Shown here: positions 1-9,480 of the stretch, one piece after another | How the letters are laid out: each line of letters begins with the position of its first letter | How positions within the stretch are numbered: the stretch's first letter is position 1 | Origin: Promethearchaeota archaeon | GTDB lineage: Archaea > Asgardarchaeota > Lokiarchaeia > Sigyniarchaeales > SOKP01 | Length of the DNA stretch: 64,000 nucleotides | Assembly: GCA_048937405.1 (NCBI GenBank) | Contig: JBHLNF010000007.1 | Coordinates: forward strand, 1 to 64,000 | Direction: 5' to 3' | Position numbers and translations under genes: made by a program | The notes under the pieces: model-generated | What the model was told of the DNA's origin: nothing | What the model saw: the letters and a program-made list of their open reading frames with translations, nothing else | Database searches by the model: none

Positions 1-65
1 TAAGAGTCCCTATCGACCTCGTGGCTTGCTTCCTCGATGTCGGCTCTTCCTATCCTGGAGGCGCA

Positions 66-96
66 CATATCGGATTCGACAGACGATCCGAGCGCA
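66..96 (+). other. About 30-nt insertion (intron or expansion) in 23S helix 91
   Basis: 48 nt between CCT and AAGGG where E. coli has 18; insert contains a TCGGAT/ATCCGA hairpin flanked by GCGCA direct repeats. Confidence 0.75.
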
Positions 97-352
97 GAAC
101 CTCCAAGGGTGGGGCTGTACGCCCATTAAAAGGGAACGTGAGCTGGGTTTAGACCGACGTGAGTCAGGTCGGATTCTATCTACTGGGTTTGTAGGTTGAC
201 TGAGGGTAAGGGAAAATCAGTACGAGAGGAACATTTTGCCGGCGCCTCTAGTGTACCGGTTATCTGACAAGGTATTGCCGGGCAGCCACGCGCTAATGGA
301 TAAGTGCTGAAAGCATCTAAGCACGAAGCCAAACCTGAAAATAGTCAGCCAA

Positions 353-519
353 TCTCGTATAGCGTGTGTTGAGAAACGTAATGAGTATTTATGTTGGTGT
401 GAGATAGTAAGGTTCACCTGTGAGAACCAGAAGCCATCTTTACAAAAAGCCATAATGTAAATGTGAGGGACGTTGATTAACGAGATCAGGGCACGGTGAC
501 GTGAACTGAGTATGCGAGA
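353..519 (+). other. Supersized expansion segment ES39 (H98 region) of 23S rRNA
   Basis: About 165 nt between H97 and H99/100, closed by a TCTCGTATA/TATGCGAGA stem. Confidence 0.85.
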
Positions 520-547
520 CGAGTGCACCCGTATAAGACGGGGTTAG

Positions 548-745
548 TGAGGTGGGGGTGTACGTAGGGAGCTTTCGGGCGACCTATTTAGCCCGCCACT
601 CTCAATAGCACGAGTGTGTGGTGTTGAAAAAGGAACCATAAGGTTCAGGCTTAGAGTATAAGGGTAAAAGAAGTGTATCTGGAACGATAAAGTCTGGCTG
701 GTTTGAGATGAGAAGGGATGGAGTATGTTCTTGAGCAGAATTTTT
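548..745 (+). repeat. Repeat R1: native 23S 3' end plus trailer
   Basis: Direct-repeat partner of 5197-5400, 6037-6134 and weakly 8027-8100; core GTATGTTCTTGAGC at 723-736. Confidence 0.9.
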
Positions 746-961
746 TCTTTTATTTTTTGATTTGTTAAAATGAGGAATGTCTTATGCAATGTTTTTTACT
801 TTCATTTCTTTCTTTAGAAATATTAAATTTACAAAAACCAACGATAAGATTTTTTCCAAATCGTTTAAAGTCATTGAAAATATTAACCAGTAATTAATTT
901 GAAAAACATTTTTTTTAATTTTTAAATTATTAAAAAAAAAAGAACTCACTCCTAAGTGAGT

Positions 962-3900
962 TTACTTAATAGACTTTTTTCTCAAATACTTTCTAAAGTA
1001 TGAAACAATACCAATGGAGACAATGCCAATAACAATAATTAGAGAATATCCAGGGACTGCAAGTTGATCTGTTTTAGGAGATACTAATAATATAGTATCA
1101 AATATTGTAATTTCTGACTCTAAACCTGCAGAATCTTTATATTTAACGAAGATCATCTTTTCCCCAAGTTCAGAGGAGAAAGTAAACAATTTTGTATTGC
1201 TAAAAGGCTCCCATTCTGTCCATTCGACACCATCAGTACTAAATTTCATTTCTATCACATCATTTGCATCTGATGCGGTAAGATTTAACATAACTTGAGT
1301 AGAAGTGGTTGAAACTTCGCCGTTATTAATGAGAATTGTACCCGTAGGAGGAATTCTGTCTAAAATAATTGAATCGTTAATTGAAACACTCGATGTTCTT
1401 CCAACTCCATCTTTAAACTGAACATAAACTGTTTGCTCTCCATCATTATTATATAGATTAAAAGATTTTGTTGTTGCATATGTTTCCCAATCAGTCCATA
1501 GCATTTTATCATAACTGAACCTCATTTGGCTTATACCATTAACATCAATACCCTCTATAGTTAGAGATACACCGATGTTGGTTGTATATGAATCATCATC
1601 ATTTATGCTGAGTGAGCCAGTTGGTAATTCTGTATCGAGAATTATATCATCATAGAATACGAAAGAGATGAGATCATTTTGATCTTTAAACTTTATATAT
1701 ACTGTTTTTACTCCATCAATGTCTATAAGAACATAATCTTTTAGTGATGTATAAGTTTCCCAAAGGGACCAAGTTTGGTTATCATTACTAAAGCACATTT
1801 CCGTTGCTGTTGAGCAAGTAATATCTAACGCCACCAAAGTAGAGGTTGTATAAACATCTCCGTTGTTTATTTCAATCGATCCCCATGGTAAAGTAGTATA
1901 TACTGAGAATGCATAATCATTTGTGTCGGAACTCTCTCCTCCAAATCCATCATGGGCTATAACCTGAATATATACTGAATTAGAATCACTTATACCGCTC
2001 AAATCCCAGTCGTACTGAGTGTTGGTGACTCCCGCTACTATAAGATGCCATCCAGTATTTTCTACATTATAAAACAGATCATAGCTTAACACATCATCAT
2101 CAGAATCATTAGCATTCCATGTTAATAGAAATGGACCACTAATTACTTCTCCACCATTCGGACTTGTAATTGTAATCTCGGGATCCCTATTTATTACGGT
2201 ATATGAAAAGAAATTATCATTTTCATCTCTTCGGATGGTGAAGTGATTCTCATCAAAAGCATAAAGAGACCAGAGCACAGTTGTACCATGTTCTTGGACA
2301 GGAATAGTTCCCTGCCAGGTTCCCGGATTCCCCACTTGCTCTATTAAAGGACGAGTATCCCAGTTATTTCCTGCATTAGTAGAAAAATTGATAAATGCAT
2401 CCATAATCATTCCCTCATCGATAATATCAATGGATATGTCCACCTCATCATCTTCGGTTTTCTCAAGCCCATCCCCATTAGTATCATAATTAACATTAAG
2501 CGACTCCAAAGGTATCTCTGGTGGTACATAGTCAATGGTGCCATGCTCTAAAGGATTTGAAGTTTCTGTAGTGTCATAATGGGTTCGAAATACATAGGTG
2601 CCAAATACTGGATCTCTACCGATATCCATTGATAATTGATCACTTCCTTCATTATCATGGATATTATAATCAGTGGCGATCCATTGACCTACTGATTCTT
2701 CTTCATAGTTCTGTTCTTGCATAGTAATCTCAATTTTTCCCCCCATACTAAAGAAAGAATAACCTATTGAGGCTTGAGCTGATTTTGAAACTTCTATCAT
2801 AATTTTTTTGGTTCTAGCTTCTAAAGTTGAAATTTGCTCCCCTTCCATAATCTCAGGGCTGCCTTTCACCAGCACGGTTCGGAAGAAGCTTACGTCCTGA
2901 TAATTGTTATATAAAACACTTTGATTCGCCCATTCATCAGGTAAATTAGGAGCACTAGCAGGATAAAATGCTTCACCTGTTCGATTTATTCCATAGAAAA
3001 GCATTGTATTATTATGTACTGTACCATTGTAATAAGTCCTAACGTAATTTCGTAGTTCCCATCTAAACCACCAAGCTTCCCCCCAAAAGATATCACCATA
3101 ACCTGGGCCTATATAATCTGGGTCATTGGATGACGTACTGGAGGATAATGAGCTAAGAGTACTTATTTCATACCTGAAATCATATCCCACCATCGTAGTT
3201 TGTTTTTTTTCCAGAGATGCAGAAGCACCAAATCCTATACCACACAAGCCAAAATCTACTCCAACTTCTAGTTGACCAGAGATACCATTGGTCACAGAAC
3301 AACCAATACCCATCGACATCGTTGAACCAGAAGAGAATTTGGAAGTGCTATCATCTCCGCTAGGGTCGTATAGTATCATATGCAGATGGTTTCCGATTAT
3401 AGTGGTGTTTGAGTCTAATATATAATCAACATTACTAGTGATTTTACTGAAAAAGAAATTTCGAGATACATTCGCAAGTTGAACATCATTCCAATAACCT
3501 ACTAAATAAGCTGTAATGTATCCATCAAACCTATTATCGTAATTGATTATTTCATATTGATATTCACCAGATAGATCCCAAACATTCCCACATGGAGTAA
3601 TTTCAGTTCCATTGTTAACATAAAGATCTACCCTATTAATATCTCCATATACATAACTGAAATTAAAATAGATATGAGAACTCGCAGGAAATATAATCTG
3701 AGTATTATTCGAGGGAGTTCCCCACTTTAATTGAACATGCGACTTATCAATAACTATTCCAGGTGATGTATTTGTGGTTTCACTATTCCCTGCATTATCA
3801 ACTGCGTAATATTCTAGGTACGTCGTACCTTCATAATTTATTGTTACTGTGGCTTGAAGCCCAGGATCGTGGACCCATGATTGATGGATACCGTCTTCCA

Positions 3901-5032
3901 CTTTACGATATACAATTTCGTTAACACCTGATGTACTATCAGTAGCAGATAATTCGATTGTTACATCATCAATATACCATGTTCCATTACCATGAGTACC
4001 AGTAATACTATCTATAACACTATTTGGATTTTGAGTGTCGATTTTAAAAGAATCTGTATTTGTGTATTGTTCATCATATCCTTGTCTGTCTCTACAGTAG
4101 TATGTAATATCTGTAACCCCTTCTGTGCTGAAATATTGTTCCATTTCAAACGGAGGATCACCGCAAGAGTGGCTGTCCCATGATCCAGAGCCTTCTTTAT
4201 AATAGATGGTTGCAACACCCGCATACGGACTATACCCATAAGCATCATCTGTAGCAAAGTCATTTGCTGTGATTTTATATCTCAAATTAGCAGTATCAGT
4301 ATACCATCCTGAAGAGCCTAGGGATCCTCCTAATTTACTCATACTTGAAAGAGGTCGATCATAGAAAATAGATCTAAACGCTTGATATAAACTTCCTGAT
4401 CCATATTCCCAATATTGATCAAGAGAAGATGCAATAAAAGAATTTATATCATTATATTCAACTGGGCCATAATCCACATATTCTCTATGGGTTTTTACGA
4501 CCAATCTACATAAATCTTCGCTATAAGCATTTGCTCCTCCCGATGAGTGATCATTTAAATTGATAACACAAATTCCATGGTCATTATTTATTCCTGGTTC
4601 TCCAAAATCAAAATCATCATTCGCATGCTCATCAAAAGATTCTGTATATTCAGTTCCTCCATTATAACTCCAGCTGAAACTATCCAGGGTCCAAGTATCC
4701 CAACCTCCTCCAGCAGAATTGGAAGTAATATAAATCATGTAATCTGGCTCAAAATCACAATACCTAGTCGAAGAACTTGGAGAATTGTCTATAAAATTCC
4801 AAATTTTTACGTTGGTTTTACTGAGAGCTATTAATCTCTTCGAGTCATCATCACCACTTAGACCAGGTGTGTTGGATTCCCAGTCAAAAACATGAGCAGC
4901 AGTATTTAATCCCTCAAAATTATCTTCTACTACCTTTGTATCTTTCATTAAAGAATGTTTAAATGGTGTAAATAATAAGCCAGATAAGAAAGAAAAAATA
5001 AATACTACACATATTATATTTCTATTTTTCAT
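962..5032 (-). CDS. Large cell-surface protein with Ig-like repeats and Loki-CTERM-type sorting signal
   Basis: N-terminal signal peptide; D-x-x-SGV..YYAVDNAGN Ig modules; three PxGSIxINxG repeats; C-terminal VPGY-hydrophobic-RKYLRKK. Confidence 0.9.
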   Translation of the reverse strand: MKNRNIICVVFIFSFLSGLLFTPFKHSLMKDTKVVEDNFEGLNTAAHVFDWESNTPGLSGDDDSKRLIALSKTNVKIWNFIDNSPSSSTRYCDFEPDYMIYITSNSAGGGWDTWTLDSFSWSYNGGTEYTESFDEHANDDFDFGEPGINNDHGICVINLNDHSSGGANAYSEDLCRLVVKTHREYVDYGPVEYNDINSFIASSLDQYWEYGSGSLYQAFRSIFYDRPLSSMSKLGGSLGSSGWYTDTANLRYKITANDFATDDAYGYSPYAGVATIYYKEGSGSWDSHSCGDPPFEMEQYFSTEGVTDITYYCRDRQGYDEQYTNTDSFKIDTQNPNSVIDSITGTHGNGTWYIDDVTIELSATDSTSGVNEIVYRKVEDGIHQSWVHDPGLQATVTINYEGTTYLEYYAVDNAGNSETTNTSPGIVIDKSHVQLKWGTPSNNTQIIFPASSHIYFNFSYVYGDINRVDLYVNNGTEITPCGNVWDLSGEYQYEIINYDNRFDGYITAYLVGYWNDVQLANVSRNFFFSKITSNVDYILDSNTTIIGNHLHMILYDPSGDDSTSKFSSGSTMSMGIGCSVTNGISGQLEVGVDFGLCGIGFGASASLEKKQTTMVGYDFRYEISTLSSLSSSTSSNDPDYIGPGYGDIFWGEAWWFRWELRNYVRTYYNGTVHNNTMLFYGINRTGEAFYPASAPNLPDEWANQSVLYNNYQDVSFFRTVLVKGSPEIMEGEQISTLEARTKKIMIEVSKSAQASIGYSFFSMGGKIEITMQEQNYEEESVGQWIATDYNIHDNEGSDQLSMDIGRDPVFGTYVFRTHYDTTETSNPLEHGTIDYVPPEIPLESLNVNYDTNGDGLEKTEDDEVDISIDIIDEGMIMDAFINFSTNAGNNWDTRPLIEQVGNPGTWQGTIPVQEHGTTVLWSLYAFDENHFTIRRDENDNFFSYTVINRDPEITITSPNGGEVISGPFLLTWNANDSDDDVLSYDLFYNVENTGWHLIVAGVTNTQYDWDLSGISDSNSVYIQVIAHDGFGGESSDTNDYAFSVYTTLPWGSIEINNGDVYTTSTLVALDITCSTATEMCFSNDNQTWSLWETYTSLKDYVLIDIDGVKTVYIKFKDQNDLISFVFYDDIILDTELPTGSLSINDDDSYTTNIGVSLTIEGIDVNGISQMRFSYDKMLWTDWETYATTKSFNLYNNDGEQTVYVQFKDGVGRTSSVSINDSIILDRIPPTGTILINNGEVSTTSTQVMLNLTASDANDVIEMKFSTDGVEWTEWEPFSNTKLFTFSSELGEKMIFVKYKDSAGLESEITIFDTILLVSPKTDQLAVPGYSLIIVIGIVSIGIVSYFRKYLRKKSIK

Positions 5033-5196
5033 TATATTTCATCATTTTTACATTGAATTTTCGTTAAAAGATTTCTTTTATTTCTTAATTTTCAGAATTA
5101 TTTAAAATTTATGATATTGAATCTTTTTATAATCTATTTTTTTCTTTAGGATTAGTTTTTCATATTTAATTATTTCCAAGAGATAAACAGGTATAT

Positions 5197-5400
5197 TGAG
5201 GTTGAGGTGTACGTAGGGAGCTTCCGGGCGACCTACTTAGCCCGTCAATCTCAATAGCACGAGTGTATGGTGCTGAAAGAGGAACCATAAGGTTCAGGCT
5301 TAGAGTATAAGGGTAATAAGTGTATGCGGAGCGATAAAGATTAGATAATTTGATATGAGAAGGGATGGAGTATGTTCTTGAGCTAAGATTTTATTTTTTT
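5197..5400 (+). repeat. Repeat R2: diverged copy of 23S 3' end (H101) plus trailer
   Basis: About 9 mismatches over the first ~120 nt versus 548-667; similarity continues to GTATGTTCTTGAGC at 5370-5383. Confidence 0.95.
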
Positions 5401-5491
5401 CAATATTCTAAAGAGAATTTGTTTCTAGAGATAATATTTAAAAATACAAAAAACCTTTTTTTTAGATATAAATTCAAAAAATCAATTGTTT

Positions 5492-6013
5492 ATGCTTTCA
5501 AAGAGACAGTTAGGTTTTATTATTTTAATCATATGTGTCATAGCATTTATAACAATTCCAGTTGCTATAATTGTGATGGTGAATCTTAAAGATTCTAATT
5601 CAAATCCTAAATGGGATTATTATGTTGAACCAGGTATATATACTGCGCAAGAAGAGATTCATGAAGGAAATATTATATATACTTTATGGACATACATTTA
5701 TCGTGATTTTATGCCAATTTCTCCTCCTGGTGGGAAACCTTTAATTGCGGGTATAAGAGTATATGCTAATAATGTAGAAGATTTTCCCTTAACAACTAAG
5801 ATTGAGCGTTTGTGGATAATTGATGGATCAAAAATAAAATCGACATTAGCTACGGATGAAGTTAGCATAGATGGATCTATATATGAGATGGTTTTTCGAG
5901 ATGGTCCGAAATGGGGACCTGGGTTCGAAATTGATGTTGTGGTGAAATTAAACTCAAGTTTAAATATTTATTATATCAAAGCTATTAATCAGTACATTCA
6001 TGCAACATTTTAA
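5492..6013 (+). CDS. Membrane-anchored hypothetical protein
   Basis: Single N-terminal TM helix, then a soluble domain (RDFMPISPPGGKPL); ATG at 5492 preferred. Confidence 0.8.
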   Translation: MLSKRQLGFIILIICVIAFITIPVAIIVMVNLKDSNSNPKWDYYVEPGIYTAQEEIHEGNIIYTLWTYIYRDFMPISPPGGKPLIAGIRVYANNVEDFPLTTKIERLWIIDGSKIKSTLATDEVSIDGSIYEMVFRDGPKWGPGFEIDVVVKLNSSLNIYYIKAINQYIHATF

Positions 6014-6036
6014 TTAGGTTTATTGTTAGATTTATT

Positions 6037-6134
6037 TATAAGGATTAATATAAGATATCCAGATTGGCAAAGATTAGACATCTTGAAATGAGAACAATTG
6101 GATTTTGTATGTTCTTGAGCTAAGATTTTATTTT
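6037..6134 (+). repeat. Repeat R3: decayed copy of rRNA trailer
   Basis: 28-nt exact match to R2 (GTATGTTCTTGAGCTAAGATTTTATTTT) plus upstream AAAGATTAGA and TGA.ATGAGAA. Confidence 0.85.
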
Positions 6135-6302
6135 AATATTAATTTTTTAATGAAAGGGCAAATTCACAGTCTGATTTTAATAAAAATTTAGTGGACAATT
6201 CCAATCAAAAAAAATAGGGAGAATAAAAAAGTACATGATAAACTAATTATTCAATATTTAGATTCTCGCTCGTTGTTTTTTTTTTCTATTGGCTTTATAC
6301 TA

Positions 6303-7169
6303 TTATAACATATCAGAAAAAAGGTTATTTTTTATTCTTTTCCCCGTTTTAGTTGCTGCTATTCCGCCTTTTCCCGTCTCTTTCAATTCATATGGTAATT
6401 TACGACCAACTTTCATCATAGCATCCACAACTTCATCTGCGGGGATAATAGAGGTAACTCCTGATAATGCCATTTCAGCAGCTAAAAATGCGTTAACCAC
6501 CCCTATAGCATTCCTTTTAATGCATGGTGAGATTACTAATCCAGCAACAGGATCACAAACAAGACCTAATAGGTTTTTTAATGTTAATGCAATCGCATTG
6601 TCTATCTGAAGATGGGTTCCCCCAGCCATATAAGTTATCGCCGCTGCCGCCATTGCAGAAGCAACTCCAATTTCAGCTTGACAACCTCCTTCACTTCCTG
6701 AAAGCATTGCCTTATTTCCAATAATTGCACCTATTGCTGCAGCAACGACTAACGCATTTAAAATATCATCATCCGATTTATTAAGGATTTCTTTAGCTTT
6801 AAAAAGAACAGCAGGTAGAGTTCCAGAAGAACCTGCTGTGGGACAAGCAACAATTAATCCCATACCACTATTATATTCACCGATAGCCATTGCCCAGCCT
6901 ACGGCTTCTTTTAAATTATTTCCATAGAAAATTCCTGGTGAAAGCATTCTTTTTGCCTGATGGCTTGCTTCTTTGATAGGCAATTCAATATCACTTTCAA
7001 GTGCTTTTTCAAGTGACTGTTTCATTATACTTAAAGATTTATTAAGTTTTTCAATTATAATCTGCTTAGGAATATTGTGAAATTCCATTTCATCGTTTAT
7101 TATTAAATCATGTAATGGAATCCCTTTTGTTTTAGATTCATTGAGGAGATTAGAAATTGATTCAAACAT
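6303..7169 (-). CDS. sdaAA: L-serine dehydratase, Fe-S dependent, alpha subunit
   Basis: ACPTAGSSG, GGCQAEIG, LGLVCDPVAGLV..PC motifs. Confidence 0.95.
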   Translation of the reverse strand: MFESISNLLNESKTKGIPLHDLIINDEMEFHNIPKQIIIEKLNKSLSIMKQSLEKALESDIELPIKEASHQAKRMLSPGIFYGNNLKEAVGWAMAIGEYNSGMGLIVACPTAGSSGTLPAVLFKAKEILNKSDDDILNALVVAAAIGAIIGNKAMLSGSEGGCQAEIGVASAMAAAAITYMAGGTHLQIDNAIALTLKNLLGLVCDPVAGLVISPCIKRNAIGVVNAFLAAEMALSGVTSIIPADEVVDAMMKVGRKLPYELKETGKGGIAATKTGKRIKNNLFSDML

Positions 7170-7827
7170 TGATTACCCTCACCCAAATTATTTCTGGATA
7201 TTTTTTTAATGCATCAATTAAATCTTCTGGTATCACTGTATCTGCTTCAAGCCATGTTAAAGCTATCTTTTTTTTCAAATTTCTGGAGATTTTCATCGAT
7301 CCTATATTTAATTTAAATTTTTGAAGTGTATTTGCAATATTTGCAAGTGCCCCAATCTTGTCATGATTTAATATTACTAGCGTATTCGGTTCCCCACCAA
7401 ATCCTGCTTCTAAGCCATCAATTTCTTTGATTATTATATTACCTCCTCCAATTGAAGTACCGATAACATTCATTTTTTCGGATCCATCAATCATATCTAT
7501 GCGAACTGAATTTGGATGGTAATCCACACCTAAATCCACAAGTTCAAATGAATAATCAAGCCCCTCTTTTTCAGCAATTTCAAATGCATTTTTGATCATA
7601 TCATCTTCGGGTGTAAATCCAAGTAGTCCAGCTAAAATTGCGATATCTGTACCATGACCTTTATATGTCTCTGCAAATGAACCATGAAGTCCTATTTTTA
7701 CAGTTTTAGGCTTTTTTCCAAATAATAACCGTGCAACATACGCAATTTGACACGCTCCTGCAGTATGGCTTGAACTTGGTCCAACCATTATATGACCAAT
7801 TACATCAAAGATAGAAGTATATTTCAT
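7162..7827 (-). CDS. sdaAB: L-serine dehydratase beta subunit with ACT domain
   Basis: MVGPSSSHTAGA, GSFAETYKGHGTD, SIGGG; overlaps sdaAA start. Confidence 0.95.
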   Translation of the reverse strand: MKYTSIFDVIGHIMVGPSSSHTAGACQIAYVARLLFGKKPKTVKIGLHGSFAETYKGHGTDIAILAGLLGFTPEDDMIKNAFEIAEKEGLDYSFELVDLGVDYHPNSVRIDMIDGSEKMNVIGTSIGGGNIIIKEIDGLEAGFGGEPNTLVILNHDKIGALANIANTLQKFKLNIGSMKISRNLKKKIALTWLEADTVIPEDLIDALKKYPEIIWVRVINV

Positions 7828-8026
7828 AACTTATTTCAACTCAATGTTATATTTAAATATAAAGAATAATAGAACTATAAGATTATACAATTTTGAGATA
7901 TATTGTCATCGCAATTATGAATTCAATATTTTGATAAATTCGTCTAGGTATATTAAATAAAGGATTTTTTTAAGATTATATAATTTTAGTTAAATTGGCT
8001 GTAGTTTTTTTTGTTTATTTTTGTTT

Positions 8027-8100
8027 GGGAGCAATGATAAGAATAAAAACGAAATGAGACGGACAAAACGAGGTGTAGTATGTTTGTGAGTATAGATTTA
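8027..8100 (+). repeat. Repeat R4: highly decayed copy of rRNA trailer
   Basis: GAAATGAGA shared with R3; GTATGTTTGTGAGTATAGATTT matches the R2/R3 core at 17/22. Confidence 0.5.
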
Positions 8101-8209
8101 ATTATCTTTTTCTTATTTTGTTTGTCTATTTATCCTTATTGTTTAAAAATTTAAGATTCATATGTGATACAATATTATAGATTTCTATAAGAGAGACATA
8201 TGATTCTTT

Positions 8210-8959
8210 ATGCCCATTGACCCTAAACTAGCTGCCACTGTAATTTTGTTATGTGAGAAAGTGCCCGAATTAGAATCTAATGCTGATTGTAAATTTAATG
8301 TGTTCATGGTAAAAAGGCATAAAAATGCAAGATTTATGAGTGAACATCATGTATTTCCTGGTGGTGCGATAGATAAACAAGACTTATCTAAAGAATCAAA
8401 AAAAAGACTAATCGGACTTGATGATAATGTCCTCAGTAATTTAAAAGATGTGCATAAAGATCCATCAATTCTGTGGATAATAGCAATCCGAGAGTTATTT
8501 GAAGAGACGGGAATTTTAATCGCAGGTAATAAAAAGGGAAATTTAATTGGGAACATTGAAAAAATTAACACTAAATTAATGAAATATCAGGGAAAACTTC
8601 AGACAAAAAAAATTACTATGACGGATGTTTTGACTAATGAAAATCTTTATTATACTGCAAATAATCTAAAATATTTCGGACGGTTTATCACTCCTGCTTT
8701 ATCACCTATTCGGTTTGATACTCAATTTTTTATATGTAAATTCCCTCAAAATCAAAGTATAAATTTATTTTATGATGAATTATCAGAGGGTATATGGGGA
8801 TCACCAAGAGAATTGTTAAGTAAATTTAAAAAAAAAGAAATTAAACTAATTTTCCCTCAATATTTCACTTTAAAGCGACTTAAAAAGTTTAAAACCATCC
8901 AAGAAGTATTCGCAAATTCAAAAAGTGTGTCTAGCCGAAATCTATTAAATGATTTCTAA
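8210..8959 (+). CDS. NUDIX hydrolase (NUDT19-like)
   Basis: VFPGG...AIRELFEETG with internal insertion; ITP...RFDTQFF. Confidence 0.9.
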   Translation: MPIDPKLAATVILLCEKVPELESNADCKFNVFMVKRHKNARFMSEHHVFPGGAIDKQDLSKESKKRLIGLDDNVLSNLKDVHKDPSILWIIAIRELFEETGILIAGNKKGNLIGNIEKINTKLMKYQGKLQTKKITMTDVLTNENLYYTANNLKYFGRFITPALSPIRFDTQFFICKFPQNQSINLFYDELSEGIWGSPRELLSKFKKKEIKLIFPQYFTLKRLKKFKTIQEVFANSKSVSSRNLLNDF

Positions 8960-8965
8960 AAAAAG

Positions 8966-9355
8966 TTATGTCATTTGTTTAAATAAAGCTCGAAATTCTT
9001 CCTTTATGGCAGTTAATCCTAAGTTTTCAAGAAGATCTATGGATTTATTACTCAGAGAATAAAAAGAACGAGGTTCAGAACGTTTATAACCTATTCTTTT
9101 CTCATTTTTAATAAAATTTTTTTCTTTAAGGATTTTGAGATGATAATTCAAGTTATTTTCTGGAATTGAAGGTAAAAGTTCCCTTAACTGGCTGAATGAG
9201 AGAGAATCATCACTAGCTAATAAGGTTAGCAAAATTTTATACCGTGTTTTTTCTGAAATAATCTCCAATTCTTTCCTCATATTTTCCATTTTTTTAGGTG
9301 TTTCCAAATCTTTTTCACTCTCATAATTTAAATTTAATTTTTCATCTAGTTCCAT
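8966..9355 (-). CDS. ArsR-family winged-helix regulator
   Basis: TRYKIL...LSFSQL...LNYHLKIL. Confidence 0.85.
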   Translation of the reverse strand: MELDEKLNLNYESEKDLETPKKMENMRKELEIISEKTRYKILLTLLASDDSLSFSQLRELLPSIPENNLNYHLKILKEKNFIKNEKRIGYKRSEPRSFYSLSNKSIDLLENLGLTAIKEEFRALFKQMT

Positions 9356-9388
9356 GTTAAATATGCATAATCAAATATTTAAATTTAA

Positions 9389-9404
9389 CTCAAGATTAAT
9401 TGAG
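9389..9404. promoter_or_regulatory. Palindrome CTCAA-N6-TTGAG, candidate operator
   Basis: Lies between the divergent ArsR and 9481 genes. Confidence 0.4.
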
Positions 9405-9480
9405 GCAATCATTATTAATATATAATAATTTATTACATAAATGAATTTCTAAATTACTTTATATTTTTAGGGAGTGGAGG

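Larger units (their letters stand above)
1..620 (+). rRNA. rrl: 23S rRNA, 3' part (domain V end and domain VI); 5' part lies outside the window, 3' end approximate
   Basis: Universal LSU motifs CCTCGATGTCGGCTC, GAGCTGGGTTTAGACCG, sarcin-ricin loop AGTACGAGAGGAAC and GCTGAAAGCATCTAAG, with archaeal-type flanks. Confidence 0.98.

Noticed and set aside
620-745. Possible 5S rRNA after the 23S
   Set aside because: No 5S motifs or terminal helix; treated as trailer.
217-789. ORFs 217-528 and 544-789 on the minus strand
   Set aside because: Antisense to the 23S rRNA and its trailer; no protein features.
5365-5589. 74-aa ORF
   Set aside because: Starts within repeat R2 and overlaps the better ORF at 5492.
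548-8100. Classical integron or prophage explanation for the repeats
   Set aside because: No tyrosine or serine recombinase, no attC-like palindromes, no viral genes; the repeats are rRNA-derived.
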